From: Lama guanicoe
Taxonomy: Eukaryota
Assembly: GCA_013239625.1 (NCBI GenBank)
Contig: MU056050.1
Span: 5,093,366-5,157,365, forward strand
Direction: 5' to 3'
DNA length: 64,000 bases
Of the stretch, positions 11,581 through 25,089 are shown one piece after another (the first letter of the stretch is position 1; the number at the start of each line of letters is the position of its first letter). Under the pieces are notes generated by a model. It ran no database searches, was not told the origin of the DNA, and was given only the letters and a program-made list of their open reading frames with translations. The position numbers were made by a program, and so were the translations under genes.

Positions 11581-13268
11581 GATCCCCTCATCTTTTCCTA
11601 TTCCATATTTTTCTTCTCCCCTCTCATACTGGGAGAGTTAAACACCTCTCCTGGTAACTGGAAGGAAAAAACCAGTAAAATATCACTAAGTATACAGAAG
11701 ATTTGAATAGCATCATTAAAATGAATTAAGTATCATACAGAGAATTGTATCCGATAGCTGTGGAATGTGCATTTCATTTAGACACACACAGAACATTTGA
11801 AAATTTGCCAGGCTTGGGATCATAAATAGAACTATTTGGGAGTAAATTTTGCAGTATTGATAATTACATAAGGATAATAGTCATAAACTGAGATTGTCCC
11901 ATGCAAAGCAGATTATATGGCTGTCGTAGACATAAAATAAGTTTAAACATAATCCAAATATTGAAACCAAAAAGGGGCAAAGAATATTTCTCTGGCCACA
12001 CTATAAAGTCTCTGTGTGCTTAAGAGATTAAAGTTGAAATATACTCATGTAAGAATTTTCCATAGATTTCTATTATATGCAATTGAAAGCTCTAATTTCC
12101 CCCTTTAAGCATAGAATTAGCTGCATTCATTCAGTATAAAATATTTCTAACATATTTCCTTAATTTATGTATACTTTCCACATAGTACTTAATCATTACA
12201 ACTATGCGTAACGGACATTTAGAGCCTCAAATGGATATATTAAAAGAGAAGGAAGAATGATAATCAGTGAGTTAAACATCCATAACAACTAATCATAAAA
12301 AGAAAAGCAAATTAAATCCAAATAAACTAGTAAGGAAATAATACAAATAAAAGCAATAGCTGATAAAAGAGAAAACAGTGACATATTTTGATTGCAGCCA
12401 ATTTACGATTTTGAAAATGGCACACATTTCACTATGGGCACTATTTCGAGCAGTTAACTAAAAGGTATGGAAATTATTTTTGCTACTGTAAGTGAAAGAT
12501 TTTTTTCCAATAAATTTTCTTGATCGGTTGTTAAACACAAATATACAATTCATTCCTAAAAGAGATCTGGACTAGTTGCTTAGTGAATAAGGATGGTTTC
12601 AGAACTCAATGACTTCCTAAATGTGTAAAGTTAAGTCACTGTGGCCAAGTCACAGATTTATTGCAGTGTATATTCATTCATTTTTTCGTTCAACAAACGC
12701 TTATAGAAAACTAAATATATGTTGGTATTAACAAAACACAATACAACTTTATCCTTTTTCTAAAAGAGCTCAAAGCTTTGGAGGGGAAACTTGTAAAAAG
12801 ATCAGTTATAATACAAAGTGATAATGGATCAATAAAAATGTAGAAAGTACAGAGTTAGAACAGAAGAGTGGTTAACACTATGAAGAGCAAATGTTTTGTT
12901 AAAGAAAGAACCCACAAAATTGTAAAGATCTATAGAGCAATAATCCAGTCAGTGATTTAAAAAAAATTTCAGTTACCGCTGGTCAATTAAACTTAATCTA
13001 ACTCAGTGTAGTCATGCTATTAATTAGGTTGAAAGGATTTAGGCATTGAAAAGGAGAAGGATTTAAAGGTAAACAATATTGCTAAGCTATAAATGATTTT
13101 CCCTATTAAGAGGAAACCCAAGTTGTAAAAAATAATTAACGTAATAGTTTTCTCATTGTCTGAAATTCACATGTTTAATAATCATCAACCTACAGGGGGC
13201 AATAACGCAATATATTTTATAGAGTGAATTGTGCCCCCTGAAATTCATATTTTGAAGACCTAACTTAT

Positions 13269-14575
13269 AGACCTTACACCTTTCACAAAAATTAACTCAA
13301 AATGGATCATAGACCTAAATGTAAACCAAAAAGTATAAAACTCATAGAAGATAGCATAGGAGAAAGCCTAGATGACCTTGGGTATGGTGATGACTTTTTA
13401 GTTACAACACCAAAGGCACAATTCATGAAACAATTGATAAACTGAACTTAACAAATTTAAAAACTTCTGCTCTGAGAAAGACGTCAAGAGAATGAGAAGA
13501 TAGGTCATAGACTGAGAGAAAGTCTTTGCCAAGGATACAATTTATAAAGGCCTATTATCCAAAATATGCAAAGAACTATTAAAACTCAACAATAAGAAAA
13601 CGAACAAGCTGATTAAAAACGGACCAAAATCTTAAAGAGAGACATCACTAAAGAAGATACACAGATGACAAATAAGAATGTGAAAAGATGCTCCATGTCA
13701 AATGTCATCAAGGAAATACAAAAAACAATGAGATACCACTACACACCTATTAGAATGTTCAACATCAAGAACACTGTCAACACTAAATTCTGGCAAGGAC
13801 ATGGAACAACAGGAAATCACAATCATTGCTGGTAGGAATGCACTTCAGAAGACAGTTTGTTGGTTTCTTACAAGACTAAACATTCTAATCACATTCCTTG
13901 CTATTTACCCAAAGGAACTGAAAACATATATCCCCCCACAAAGCTTGCACTTGGCTGTTTATAGCAGCTTTATTCATCATTGCCAAAACTTGGAAGCAAA
14001 TAACATGTCCTTCAATAGGTGAATGGATAAATAAATTTAGTACATCCACATAATGGAATATTATTCAGCACTAAGAATAAATGAGCTATCAAGCCATGAA
14101 AAGACATGGAAGAAATTGATGTGCATATTGCTTAGTGAAAAAAAACCAGTTTGTAAAAGATTACATACTGTATGATTCCAACTATATGACACTCTGGAAA
14201 AGGCAAATCTATGGAGTCAAAAACATCCATCATGGTCAGGGTTTGAGGATAAGAGAGGGATGAACAGGTGGAGGACAGAGGATGTTTAGGCCAGTGGAAC
14301 TACTCTGTATACCAAAATGATTGACACTCGTCATTACACATTTGTTTAAACTCATAGAATGTACAACACCAAGAATGAACCCTAAGGTAAACTATGGACT
14401 TTGGATGATTATGATTTATCAATGGAGGTTTAGTAGTTGTAACCAATGTGCCAGTCTGATGAGGCATGTGATAATACGGGAGGCCATGCATGTGTGGGTA
14501 TAAAGGGTATATGGGAACTCTCTGTAACTTCTCAATTTCACTGTGAACCTAACACTGCTCTTTTTTTTAAAAAAA
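13269..14575 (+). mobile_element. L1 ORF2 3' end and 3'UTR (L1MC-like), preceded by a short MLT1 5' fragment at ~13215-13268
   Basis: ccttacacctttcacaaaaattaactcaaaatggatcatagacctaaatgtaa encodes '[17 protein letters not shown]'. 3'UTR motif gaaccctaaggtaaactatggactttgg. Confidence 0.9.
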
Positions 14576-15886
14576 GTCTTATACTATTTAGTTATGTCTA
14601 GAGAAATTTTTAAAACTGGGTAAATTATAATGTCAGTTTAGTTTCTCCATTGACATTTGTCTGTCATTCTTTTCTAGCAGGGTGAAAAGAGAAAAAAATA
14701 ACTAAAACAAAATGTAAATATGAAAAATTATGTTCATAATAATATCTGAGAAACAACTCAATAATAATGACAGGCAAACACCAAATGGTAAAGAGGTTAG
14801 AGACACTCTCTCTCATCTTAACAATATTGGTATTATTTTATTATCAACACAGCAATAACACTTACCACAGAAGTAATACTTTTCATCAGATGAATACATA
14901 AAAATCTCTGGGGAGAAAGAAATGTAATGACAGTTAAAAGTTGTTATAACTATAAAACTTATAGAAGGCCAAAGGGATCGTCGAAGGGAGGAAAAATACA
15001 AAATATATAAGATGAAAAAATCGCCCACATTGATAGTATTATTCTAGACAAAGTGTCACAAAATATTTTTAAGACTCCATTAAACAGGCTTTGGCTCTCA
15101 GCTTCATTGGTGCCATTTTCTCCTGCAGAGCATTTGGCTAGGGAAGAGATATTAAAAAGTACAGCCTCTAGCATATTTGTTTTAATCATTAGTAAGGTTT
15201 AATGCTAGGAATGGTTTGATATATTAGCACATTATCTCTGATCCAGAGGGGAAAAGATGCCACATTGCAATACTGTTTATACATTATTGTAATATAATAC
15301 AACACATGCAATGAGAACTATTTCTATTGTAGCTTATCCTTTCTCTTTTTCATAAAGAGGAAGTGAGTTGATAGCTACATCGTCAGTTTGACATGATGAG
15401 AACAAAAAGACTCCAGCTCCAAATGCTCAGTAGTACTCCCTTGCAAAACATCTTAAAATTCCAGAAATCAGATACATTTCTCATGTTCTGGTAATATGTG
15501 TATTTTCATTGGGTTTAGATATAACACCTTTGCTAAGAAAATTAATAGCTCAATAACTTGTTGTAGCTCTTTAAAATCTATACTCAAGTAATTCATGATT
15601 AAAAATCTTAAGAGGATAAGGCAGGTAAATTTTTTTTCAATATGAGAAACCAATGTATGTAGTGCTGCTCAGAAAAGTCAAAGCAAGGAAGACTTCTGGT
15701 AGCCAGATAGCAGTATGTGGATCGTGGAGACCTGAGAAAGCTGCCCAAAGTAGTGCTTATCTAAAGAAATTATATAAGAACTTAAAAAACAAACAAGCAA
15801 AAAACCACAGCAGCATAAATAGGTAGCATCAGCTAGTGTTTAGAAACATAGGCTTTTGAGTCAGCTTGGGTTTGAATACTGGCTTT

Positions 15887-16327
15887 TGACAAGGATTCTC
15901 TCTTAGTCGACCAAGCTTTAGTCAGAGTCCTCTGATCCCTCTTCTCAACTGAGTCTCATCCTTGGTCAAGTTCCTTGGCTTGCTAGGGCCAGTTCAACAA
16001 GAATTCTACCAAGCCAGTTTAGAAAGCATCTTTCCACCCTTGATACCTAATCAAGTTTTTCTTAGTAATTTTTCATCCACTGACTTCCTCATCCTGGTTG
16101 TTGACTAAAAATCCCTAGCTGCTCCTGTTTTATTCAGAATTAAGGTCACTCTCTCTTCTATATTGAAAGAGCCCTGATTGTATTCCCATCAATTTCTCCC
16201 TTTATATCTGTTAGTATTTACTTTATGTATTTAGGTGCTCCTATAGTGGGTGCATATATATTAAAATAGCCTTGAATAAAGTATTTCTTGCCTGCTTAAC
16301 TCTGACTCGTGTAATTTTTCTTTGACA
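15887..16327 (+). mobile_element. ERV1 5' LTR (MER31/MER67-like)
   Basis: Starts tgacaaggattctctc...ccaagctttagtcag and ends ttgaataaagt...aatttttctttgaca, with AATAAA at 16275. It interrupts a MIR 5' part at ~15830-15886. Confidence 0.8.
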
Positions 16328-16332
16328 GTTCT

Positions 16333-16350
16333 GGGTGCTGTGACTTGGAG
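16333..16350 (+). promoter_or_regulatory. Retroviral primer-binding site, tRNA-His type (decayed)
   Basis: gggtgctgtgacttggag matches TGGTGCCGTGACTCGGAT at 14/18 positions, two mismatches being CpG decay. It lies 5 bp after the LTR end. Confidence 0.7.
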
Positions 16351-19300
16351 AGGACCAGATTCATCACTGGACCCCTGTATCTCTCACCCAGAATCCTACA
16401 TGCATTACTTTAAAGTTTTTGTCTTCACGCCTGACTGACTGATCGAGGATCCATTGGTGAGTCAAATTCTTGATCCAGTGTTCTGAATGATAATCTGTTG
16501 AAACACTAAAAGGACAGATTTTGATTGTTACGGTTCAGCATATACTCTTGGGGCTGAGGCTGGGTTAGAGTCTCAGACTTACATTTTTGGAAGGTATCAC
16601 TGGTTTAGAACCTGGGAAATCCTCATGGAATTCTCATTTGGTTGAACTTTATTTTTTTGGTATTTGGAGTACTCTTTCTCATTTGGATTGTTTTTTCTTT
16701 ACAGAACTCTCATTTTTAGAAATATTTTATGGACAATTTATAACTTCATTTGTCTCTTTGTGAAATTTGAAATTTCCTTAAACTGGTTCTTTCTCATTAC
16801 CGCCACTCTTTCCGTATCTTATGACCTTCAATCTTCCCTTTAGCTCCTTTAAATCATTTGATCTGCCCCAGTTCAATACCCTTACCCACTCTGTCCATTC
16901 CTCCCAGACATCTACCTTCCTGCTCTTGTCCCTCAACTCCCTGCCCTCATGTGAATATTTTGGGATTCAAGAACTACACAAGCAACCACCTGAGGATGAA
17001 AAAGAAAAAGAGAAAATTGGAAACACAGTGGATATTTTATTCACTCAGATGGGCTTTGGCGACACCCAGACAACTGCTTGGTGTCTCCCAAGTCTCTCAT
17101 CTAAAATTTTGTCCACAGCATCCATAAGATGCATATCATGGCAAAATAAAATTTTAAAAATCTCTTCCAAAGATACTAGTGGGAAGATTCAGCTCTCATA
17201 CTGAGCAGATAACCTCAATATGTCTAATTTGTCAGAAACACAATTCAGATAAAAAGAAAAAGTGGGACAAAGATTAGGGTCAACTCTTTTTATATAGACC
17301 AGTGAGTTTTGTAGTGCTGTGTTTATGCCTGACTCATAGCTAAGATGTTTGCATCTATCCATATGAGTATGTCCATATGTACATATGTATGTATATATGA
17401 TATTTACCTGCTTCCATTTGGTATTAGCAATTAATTTGTAAAATCTGATACAGAACTCTATTCTAATTGGCTTAGAGAGAATCACTTGTATAAAATAGAA
17501 ATACCTGAAACCTTCCAGTGATAATAGTAATAATAAAAGCCCGAACTTCTAATAATTCCAATATGGAAAAAAAAAATAACAGTTCTCATAAAAAAGTAAG
17601 CAAATGTTCTCATAAATTGAGTAAACATTTAGCAAATAAAACCAGTTTAATATTGTGGATATAATAAAAACAGCTGTGTGTTCTAGCCATTAGCATTAAT
17701 TCAGTACACACATACATTTTATTCTAATTGGGTTTGCTAGTCAAATAAGGTAATATTATATTTGCTAGGTGTTTCAGATTATAAATACAATAAGTTTGAT
17801 TTTAATCAAATTGGAGGCATTATTGAGACAAAATTTATTTCAGCAATAATTATTTTTTGTAATTTGCTTAAAAATAATTTCTAAAATATTTTTGGTAGCA
17901 TGCAAACTTAGACTTATGCTAAATTAAATTAAGTAATACATACTAAGATAAAATACTGAAATATAACTGAGTAAAAGTTTATACATTTTTGGCTTCTTAT
18001 TTTTATATGCTACAGTGGCTAAATGTATTTGAATCCATTAATAAATGTGTTCTTTTTGCCACATTGAGAAATTAGGCTATAAGGAAGTATATATCTATAA
18101 AAATCATAAGATGATATATTCATAAGCATTGATAGTCTGCTAGACAATGCTAATATTTGAAAAACAGCTAATAATTATCCATTTCCTAGTTTTCTCTGTA
18201 AAATAAAAGTTACTAAAAGTTAAAAATTACAATCAATATATGTAAGTGAAACTACTAGAAACAATAAAGGCAAATTGAAACAACTTGTTTAAGGGAACTA
18301 TGCAAGGCAGATAGGATGATTTTCGTTAAGTGAAAAAGAGTAATTTTGTCCTAAAGTTAGATGACCAGTTGTTCCAAACTGAGAGAGAAGAGAGTGTAGG
18401 ACAAAATCTGAATAGATACAGAAAGTCGTAGAAAGTTTGTGGAAAAGGAACCTTATATTATGTGGTTAAAGCTGACTAGGATTGGACTGGTTTATTTACA
18501 GCGTTTGGCAAGTTGGATTTAGTGAGCTTTAGTATCAACTGTATACTGATGCAAAACTAGAGTTTGCTTTTCTCTCTGTTTAAATGACTAAATTTTTCTT
18601 GGGTTACTGGTCTTCTCTTAATAAGGAATTGTAAAAGGCTTTTCTTTACCATTTAAGCAATCTGCCTAGGAGACAAAGATTCTATCTCTTATTAGAATAA
18701 TTTCCTCTGCTTTATGTTGACTTCATCCTATCCTTGATTATTTAAAACTTATTAATTTAAGTCTTTTTAATATTAAGACTTTTTAACTGAGTCTTCTCAC
18801 TTTTAATGGAGCTAGAGTTTTTTTTCTAATCAAAGTACTTCCTATATTTACTTTTCAAATATTTTGTGACTTTTGTAAAATTGGTAGCTCAGTATTGTTT
18901 CACGTTGGCCCATGATCTTATTAGGCAAGTTTCAAACATTTTGACATTTTTAGACAACTTTTGATATTTTGCCTTCCCCAAAACAAATTCTAACTGAAAT
19001 TTTGATCTCAAAATTATTTGAAAATCTCAGAGGGACTTGTTCTTCCACCTTGTAAAGAGATAGATATTAAAAATAATTAGATTTATTTGATATGTTGAAT
19101 TGCATGAAAAGTGTTATCAAAGAAGAGATACTTAATTTTCCCAAGGTTATATTTGTAAAGATAAAATGTTATTAATATAAATAGTTTAGGAATTATATGA
19201 AGTTCCTAGAAATTTGTGCATGTCTTTGCTGCATACATATCTTGGCCTTGCTATGCCTCATATTAGACAAGAACAGTATAATATTCTGTTATACTTTTTA

Positions 19301-20569
19301 TTATTATTTTTTGAAGTAGCTAGACATTTTCTTTTTTGAGATATAGTTGATTTACAATGTTACATAAGTTTCATGTGTACAACATAGTGATTCACAATTT
19401 TTAAATGTTATACTCCATTTATAATTATAAAATATTGAACATATTCCTGTGATGTGCAATATATTCTTGTAGCTTATTTATTTTGTACAGAGTAGTTTGT
19501 ACCTCTTAATCCCCTACCCATGTCTAGTCCCTTACTCCTTCCCTCTTCCCACAGGTTAGTAGTAGTTTGTTCTCTATCTCTGTGAGTCTGTTTCTTTTTT
19601 TATATATTCACTATTCTGGTTTATTTTTTAGACCCCACATATAAGTCATGTAAGTGATAACATATAGTATTTGTCTTTCTCTGTCTGACTTATTTCACAA
19701 AGCATAATATCCTCCAAGTCCACCCATATTCTTGCAAATGGCAAGATATTCATTTTTATGGCTGTGTGTGTGTATGTATGTGTGTGTGTGTATATATACC
19801 TCAGGTGCTCTTAAGGCAGCCTGTCTGCTGGTGGGTTGAGCTAGTCCCTGCCCAGTTATTTGCTTGGCCTGAAGTATCCCAGTACTCTTGCTGACAGAAT
19901 GTTGGGTGGGGGGGGTGGGGCTAGGTCCTGGTGCTAATAAGCTAGGGGGAGGATCTGGAATGGCACTTGCCAGCAACAATGCTCACATGGTAGAACAAGC
20001 TCCCCAAAATGGCTGCCGCCGGTGTTTATGTCCCCAGTGTGTACTGCAGTTGCCTCTCGCCTCTCCCAAAGACTCCAGATCAACAGGTAGATCTGACCCA
20101 GGCTCCTTTAAAATTTGCTGCTTCTGCTCTGCATCCCAGAATGTCTGAGATTTTGTGTGCACCCTTTAAAAGTGGCGTCTCTTTTTTTCCCAGCCTTTAC
20201 TTTCTAAAGTAAGCCCCACTGGCCTTCCAAGCCTTCTGAGGACTCATCTCCCTGTTGCAGGACCCCCAGGCTGGGGAGCTCAATGTGGGGCTCAGACCCC
20301 TCACCCCTTTGGGAGGACCCCCTGCAGTTGCCGTCATTCTCCCATTTGTGAGCTGCCTATCTGAGGGGTGTGGGACTTGAATGTATTGTAACTCCACCCT
20401 ACCTACCAATTTCATTGTGGTTCCTGCTTTATATCTTTAGTTGTAGATCCTTTTTGGTACGTTACAGTCTTTTTCATCAATGGTACTTCTGTAAATAGTT
20501 ATAATTTGGGTGTACCTATTAGAGGAGGTGAACTCAAGGTCTTTCTACTCTGCCATTTGTCCAGTCTCC
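19301..20569 (-). mobile_element. Internally deleted L1 (5'UTR fused to 3' end)
   Basis: The minus-strand 5' end ggagactggacaaatggcagagtagaaagac and a GC-richer 5'UTR lie at 19800-20569, and the 3' end at 19301-19799. TSD matches at 14/16 (19285-19300 and 20570-20585). Confidence 0.8.
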
Positions 20570-21794
20570 TCTGTTATTATTTTTATATGTTGTTTGCCAC
20601 ACAAACAACCAGATTTCTTTGTCAATTGTATTATTTTATAATGGCCTCTCATTAGAGCTTTAGTCACGGCCATTTTAAGACTTGTTATTCACAGAGTTTT
20701 TGTTTTACTCTGATACTTCCTTGAAAATTCTTGTGATCAGCTACAGGTCAGAATGTTTAATCTTCAACAAAAAGGAACTGTCTGAGAGATTTATTGAAAG
20801 GACTATTCCAGGTACTCTGTGGCACAGGCCTCTGACGGCCTTCCTTAAATAATTTTGAAGTCACCCCACTGGACTGATTCAGCATTTTCAAAACCCTAAT
20901 AGAGAAGCTGATGGATTCATGAGACTACTAACCCAAATAGAAGGAGATGATTATGTGTTTTGTTTGGAATAATGCTAAGGGATATAAGAAACCCCATCAT
21001 CTTTCCTTTTAAGATAAAGTGGTTTGTCTTAACCCTATTTATAATTTAGTAGAATATATTTTATAAACAGAAATTAAACATTTATTTTTTTCTCTCTTCC
21101 TGGCCCCTCAAGAATTCTGAAACTCTTATTGAGTATTCTTATTTTCATGACAATGTAATTATTTGCATAGATTCAATAATAATCTGTTTTCCTTGAAACA
21201 GGATATAATTGGAAAATGATTCAATAATCAAAGCTTTGATTGTAGTATCATATTTAAAATGATGTGTAAAATCAGATATGATTCCATGGTTTTAAGGAAC
21301 AAAGGCTGAATCTATGTAGCCAATGCTTACAAAGCCCTCTTGGGAAAACTAGTCTGATAGCTAGATTACAAGGTTCCCGGCCTTACAAAAGACTGAGAAG
21401 GATCACCTCCTGGCATGTCCAAGATATTTTATGGGACCTCAATAAGAGAAGACTTTACCCAAATTTATAGGTGAATGCTAGTGGAAATTTCTTGGCTTGG
21501 TTTCCTAGACTCAAGAGACTTTTAAAATTCCAATCTGATATTCTATATGAAAACTTCCATCAAAGCAAACTTCAAAAGGCCTGCATGTTTAATTACTACC
21601 CTTGTTGTGTAATAATCATGTCAAATGTAATGAAAACAGACTTATTTTTAAAATAAGAATAATCTTATCTTTTCTCAAAAGGAGGTTTGATATAGATATA
21701 AATTTTATATTTCAATAGAAAATACACTCTTGTGGGTTATCAGATTCTGGTAGTTTATTATCTTTGAGCTAGTTTTTACTTGTTTGTTAACTAC

Positions 21795-22780
21795 ACAGTG
21801 GGATTGATGAGTCATATAGTAGTTCTATTTTTAATTTTTTAAGAAAATCATACTCTTTTCCATAGTGGATACACCAATTCACATTTCCAACAGCAGTATA
21901 CCAGTGTTTCCTTTTCTTCACATCCTTGCGAGCATTTTTTAATCTTTGTTCTTTTTGATAATAGCCATACTAATAGATGTGAGGTCATTTCTCATTGTAT
22001 TTTAGATTTGAATTTCCCTGATGATTAGTGATATAGAACACCTTTTCATGTAATTGTTGGCCATTTGTTTATCTTCTTTGGAGAAATGTCTGTTCAAGTT
22101 CTCTGCCCATTTTTAAATAAGATTGTTTTTTGAAATTCCTTGTATATTTGGGGGTATTAACTATCAGATATATGGTTTGCAAATATTTTCTCCTATTCTG
22201 TTAGTTGCCTTTTTATTTTGTCGATTGTTTCATTTGCTGAGCACAAACTTTAGTGTGATGTAATCCTACTTGTTGATTTTTGCATTTGTTGCTTGGCTTT
22301 TGGTATCATATCAAAAAAAAAATCATTGCCAAGACCTATGTAAAGGAGCTTTTCACTTATCTTTTCTTCTAGGAATTTTATGGTTTCAGTCCTTACATTT
22401 AAGTCCTTATTAATTCGGTTCATGTTGATTAATAAGGGGTGTAAGATGGGCCCAATTTCATTCTTTTTCATGTGAATATCCAGTTTTCCCAACACCATGT
22501 ATTGAAGAGAGATTATCCTTTCCTCATTGAGTATTCTTGGCTCCTTTGTCAAATAGAACTTGACCATATATGTGAGGGTTTATTCCTGGCCTGTCTGTTC
22601 TGTTCCATTGGTTCGCTATGTTTTATGCCAAACCCAAACTGTTTGGTTACCAGAAATTTGTAATATATTATGAAATCAGGATTATGATGCCTCCAACTTT
22701 GTTCTTTCTGAAGATTGTCATGTCTATTTGGTGTCTTTTGTGGTTACATATGAATTTTATGATTGTTTTTTTCTATTTAT
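21795..22780 (-). mobile_element. L1 ORF2 C-terminal fragment
   Basis: ORF 22250-22567 contains 'KDLNVRTETIKFLEEKISEKL'. Confidence 0.9.
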
Positions 22781-25089
22781 TTGATAAATCTGGCCTCCTT
22801 TTGTGAAGTGTGGTTCCAGTGGTGATTTATTTTTCAAAGCCATTGAGGTGTTATTTTGGTCCAATTGTTTATCTCCTGCTGCTGAAGTTCCTATTGGACT
22901 CTGCTCATGTTGCCTGCAGTAAAGGAGGCTTTACTGGGCCAGGATGCTTCTTCTTGTGGGGTCCACTTGCTGGTCGTCTCCAGCACAGAAATGTGAGTGT
23001 ATAGGATGGGTTAGAGAAACACAGGACTTGAGGCAAGAAGACCTGTTAGGTCAGTGGAGTTATGTAATAGAAATGACCTAGTTAAGATAATGATAGCGGG
23101 ATTACACGGAAGTTTATGGGTTCAAAGGATATTTCAAATGTGTAATGCTTGTGATGAGTTAAATGTGATGAGTAAAGGAGAGACAGGACTCTAAGCAGAC
23201 TCCTAGTGTTATTTTTTTTTTTTATTTAATGGAGGCTTGTCCTGCCGTTCACCAAGATAGGAAAGTAGTTTATTTCTTTCTCATTCTAGACCCCCATTGT
23301 TGCTAGCGAGTCTTCTTTCTAGAAACATTTTCTACTAGTTTCGTCACTGTTTCTTCACTCTCCATAGAAGTCTTATTTGTGCTTTGACACTTTTGACATT
23401 CTTTATTAGTGTCTTTTCCTCCGAATGATTTTATATTTTCATTTTTCACATTTCATTATTATGTTTATAATATCACATATTATATCCCCTGTAGAAATTT
23501 TGTACCTCTATATCAATTACCATAGTTTTCTCATGTATTAATTGTGCTTTGTTCTAATTTCATTAAATAGACTTTAAACTTCCTGAGAGAAGGGACTGTG
23601 TACTCAACATATCACCCATTAAAGGGTGAGTATTCAATACATGTTTATTGAATAAGTGAACAGACACATAAATAAATGGCATTAATTGTAACTGCATGTT
23701 CACCACAGTATTAGTGATAACACTGATTTTTTTCCAGTAGAGAAATTCTATATGTATATCACATAGAAATGTTGAAAACTATTCTGTATATAGCATATGT
23801 GCTACAGCACAAACACAGAGACACACAAAATAAATAACACCATCACTGCCTTAGCCCTAAACATGATAAAAATCACTCTCTCTATGAGAATAATTTCCTT
23901 GCCAAGCCTATTACAGTTCTGAGCTTCTGTGAGATGTTTCAAGTCATGTTTACAAAGTACCATTTTCTTTCCAATTCCTAAACTCGCCATAATTTTAAAT
24001 ATAGCAAGGGACTGAAGACTTAAGAAAATCAAGGATCAGGAATAATTAAAACTTTTTTTTTCTGTTTCAACCTCTGCCTGAATTAAATTCTGTAGATAGT
24101 GCATATTCACTGAGATTCCAGATGATCAAGTGTTGACTTGTACAAGCATCCTTAGAGATGTGGAGTTTTTAATAATGTAGTCCAGAAACCAAGTACATTG
24201 AGCATAATATGAATTGCTTAGACCCATATCACTAATACCATTCTGATTCTCAAATTTGTCTGTCTTCGGGCATCTCAGATTAACTATATGATATAAGATA
24301 TGTATCTTTGGTTAAAGCTAGATACTTTGATTCCTGAACATTTCGCTGTCTTTAATACTGCATTCTCAGATATGGGATCAGGTCTCTTGGCCACCTTTCT
24401 AGTAATGACACATTCTATCAGAAGGTAAAAGTGCAGCTTGTGACAATGTAAGAAATAGAAGCTGTCTTGTATCTACTTCACAGAGACTAAATTTGTGTGT
24501 GATCTCACTTAGCACAGTGAGCCCTCAGCTACCGAGCTACCAAGACACGTGCAATAATGTCTATTCTACTGATCAGCTATTCAGTTTTTCTGAATCAAAA
24601 ACGTTTGTCATCAGAGCAATTCTTTAGTATACTTGATTTTACAATACCCCGTCAACTTTCTACCACATAAAGTTTATTTTCCACTTGCAACTACACTCTT
24701 CTGGGTGTCTCTGTCTCCTCTGTCTCTCTTAATGACATCATCTATCTTCCACCCCTTGACTCAAGAATGTAATATGGTGTTATGTTAGACTAATGAATCT
24801 CTTCCTTACTTTTGGCATCTCAACTTTTCTTCTCAGCTTCATCATTCATAATTGTCCCAATTTATCATGTCCTCCATCCATACCAGATTTCTTGACTTTT
24901 TTTTTTCATATGATACATTCTTCATGCTTTATTTTTGCCCATGCAGTCTTTCTACTGGAAACATACTTCTCTTCCCTTTATTGTTTTGCCAACTTCTTTT
25001 ATGGCTTCTTCTGTGAAGCCTTCCCTAGCCTTTCAGGTAAAAGCAATGACTACTTTTCTTTTTTTTCCATTACTCTCTTTTTTTAACAT

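Larger units (their letters stand above)
16328..21790 (+). mobile_element. ERV1 (MER4-group-like) non-coding internal region, split by an L1 at 19301-20569; no 3' LTR seen
   Basis: Follows the LTR and PBS. AT-rich internal sequence with MER4-int-like motifs (agaactctattctaattggcttagag, ttccaatctgatattctatatgaaaacttcc). No recognisable gag/pol/env ORF. Confidence 0.65.

Noticed and set aside
16821..17204. 127-aa ORF in the ERV interior as gag or env
   Set aside because: No retroviral motifs such as the major homology region, CCHC knuckle or furin/ISD site. It is a low-complexity chance ORF.
19800..20570. GC-richer patch as a gene promoter or CpG island
   Set aside because: It is CpG-poor and explained as an L1 5'UTR. 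The same applies to 47800-48385.
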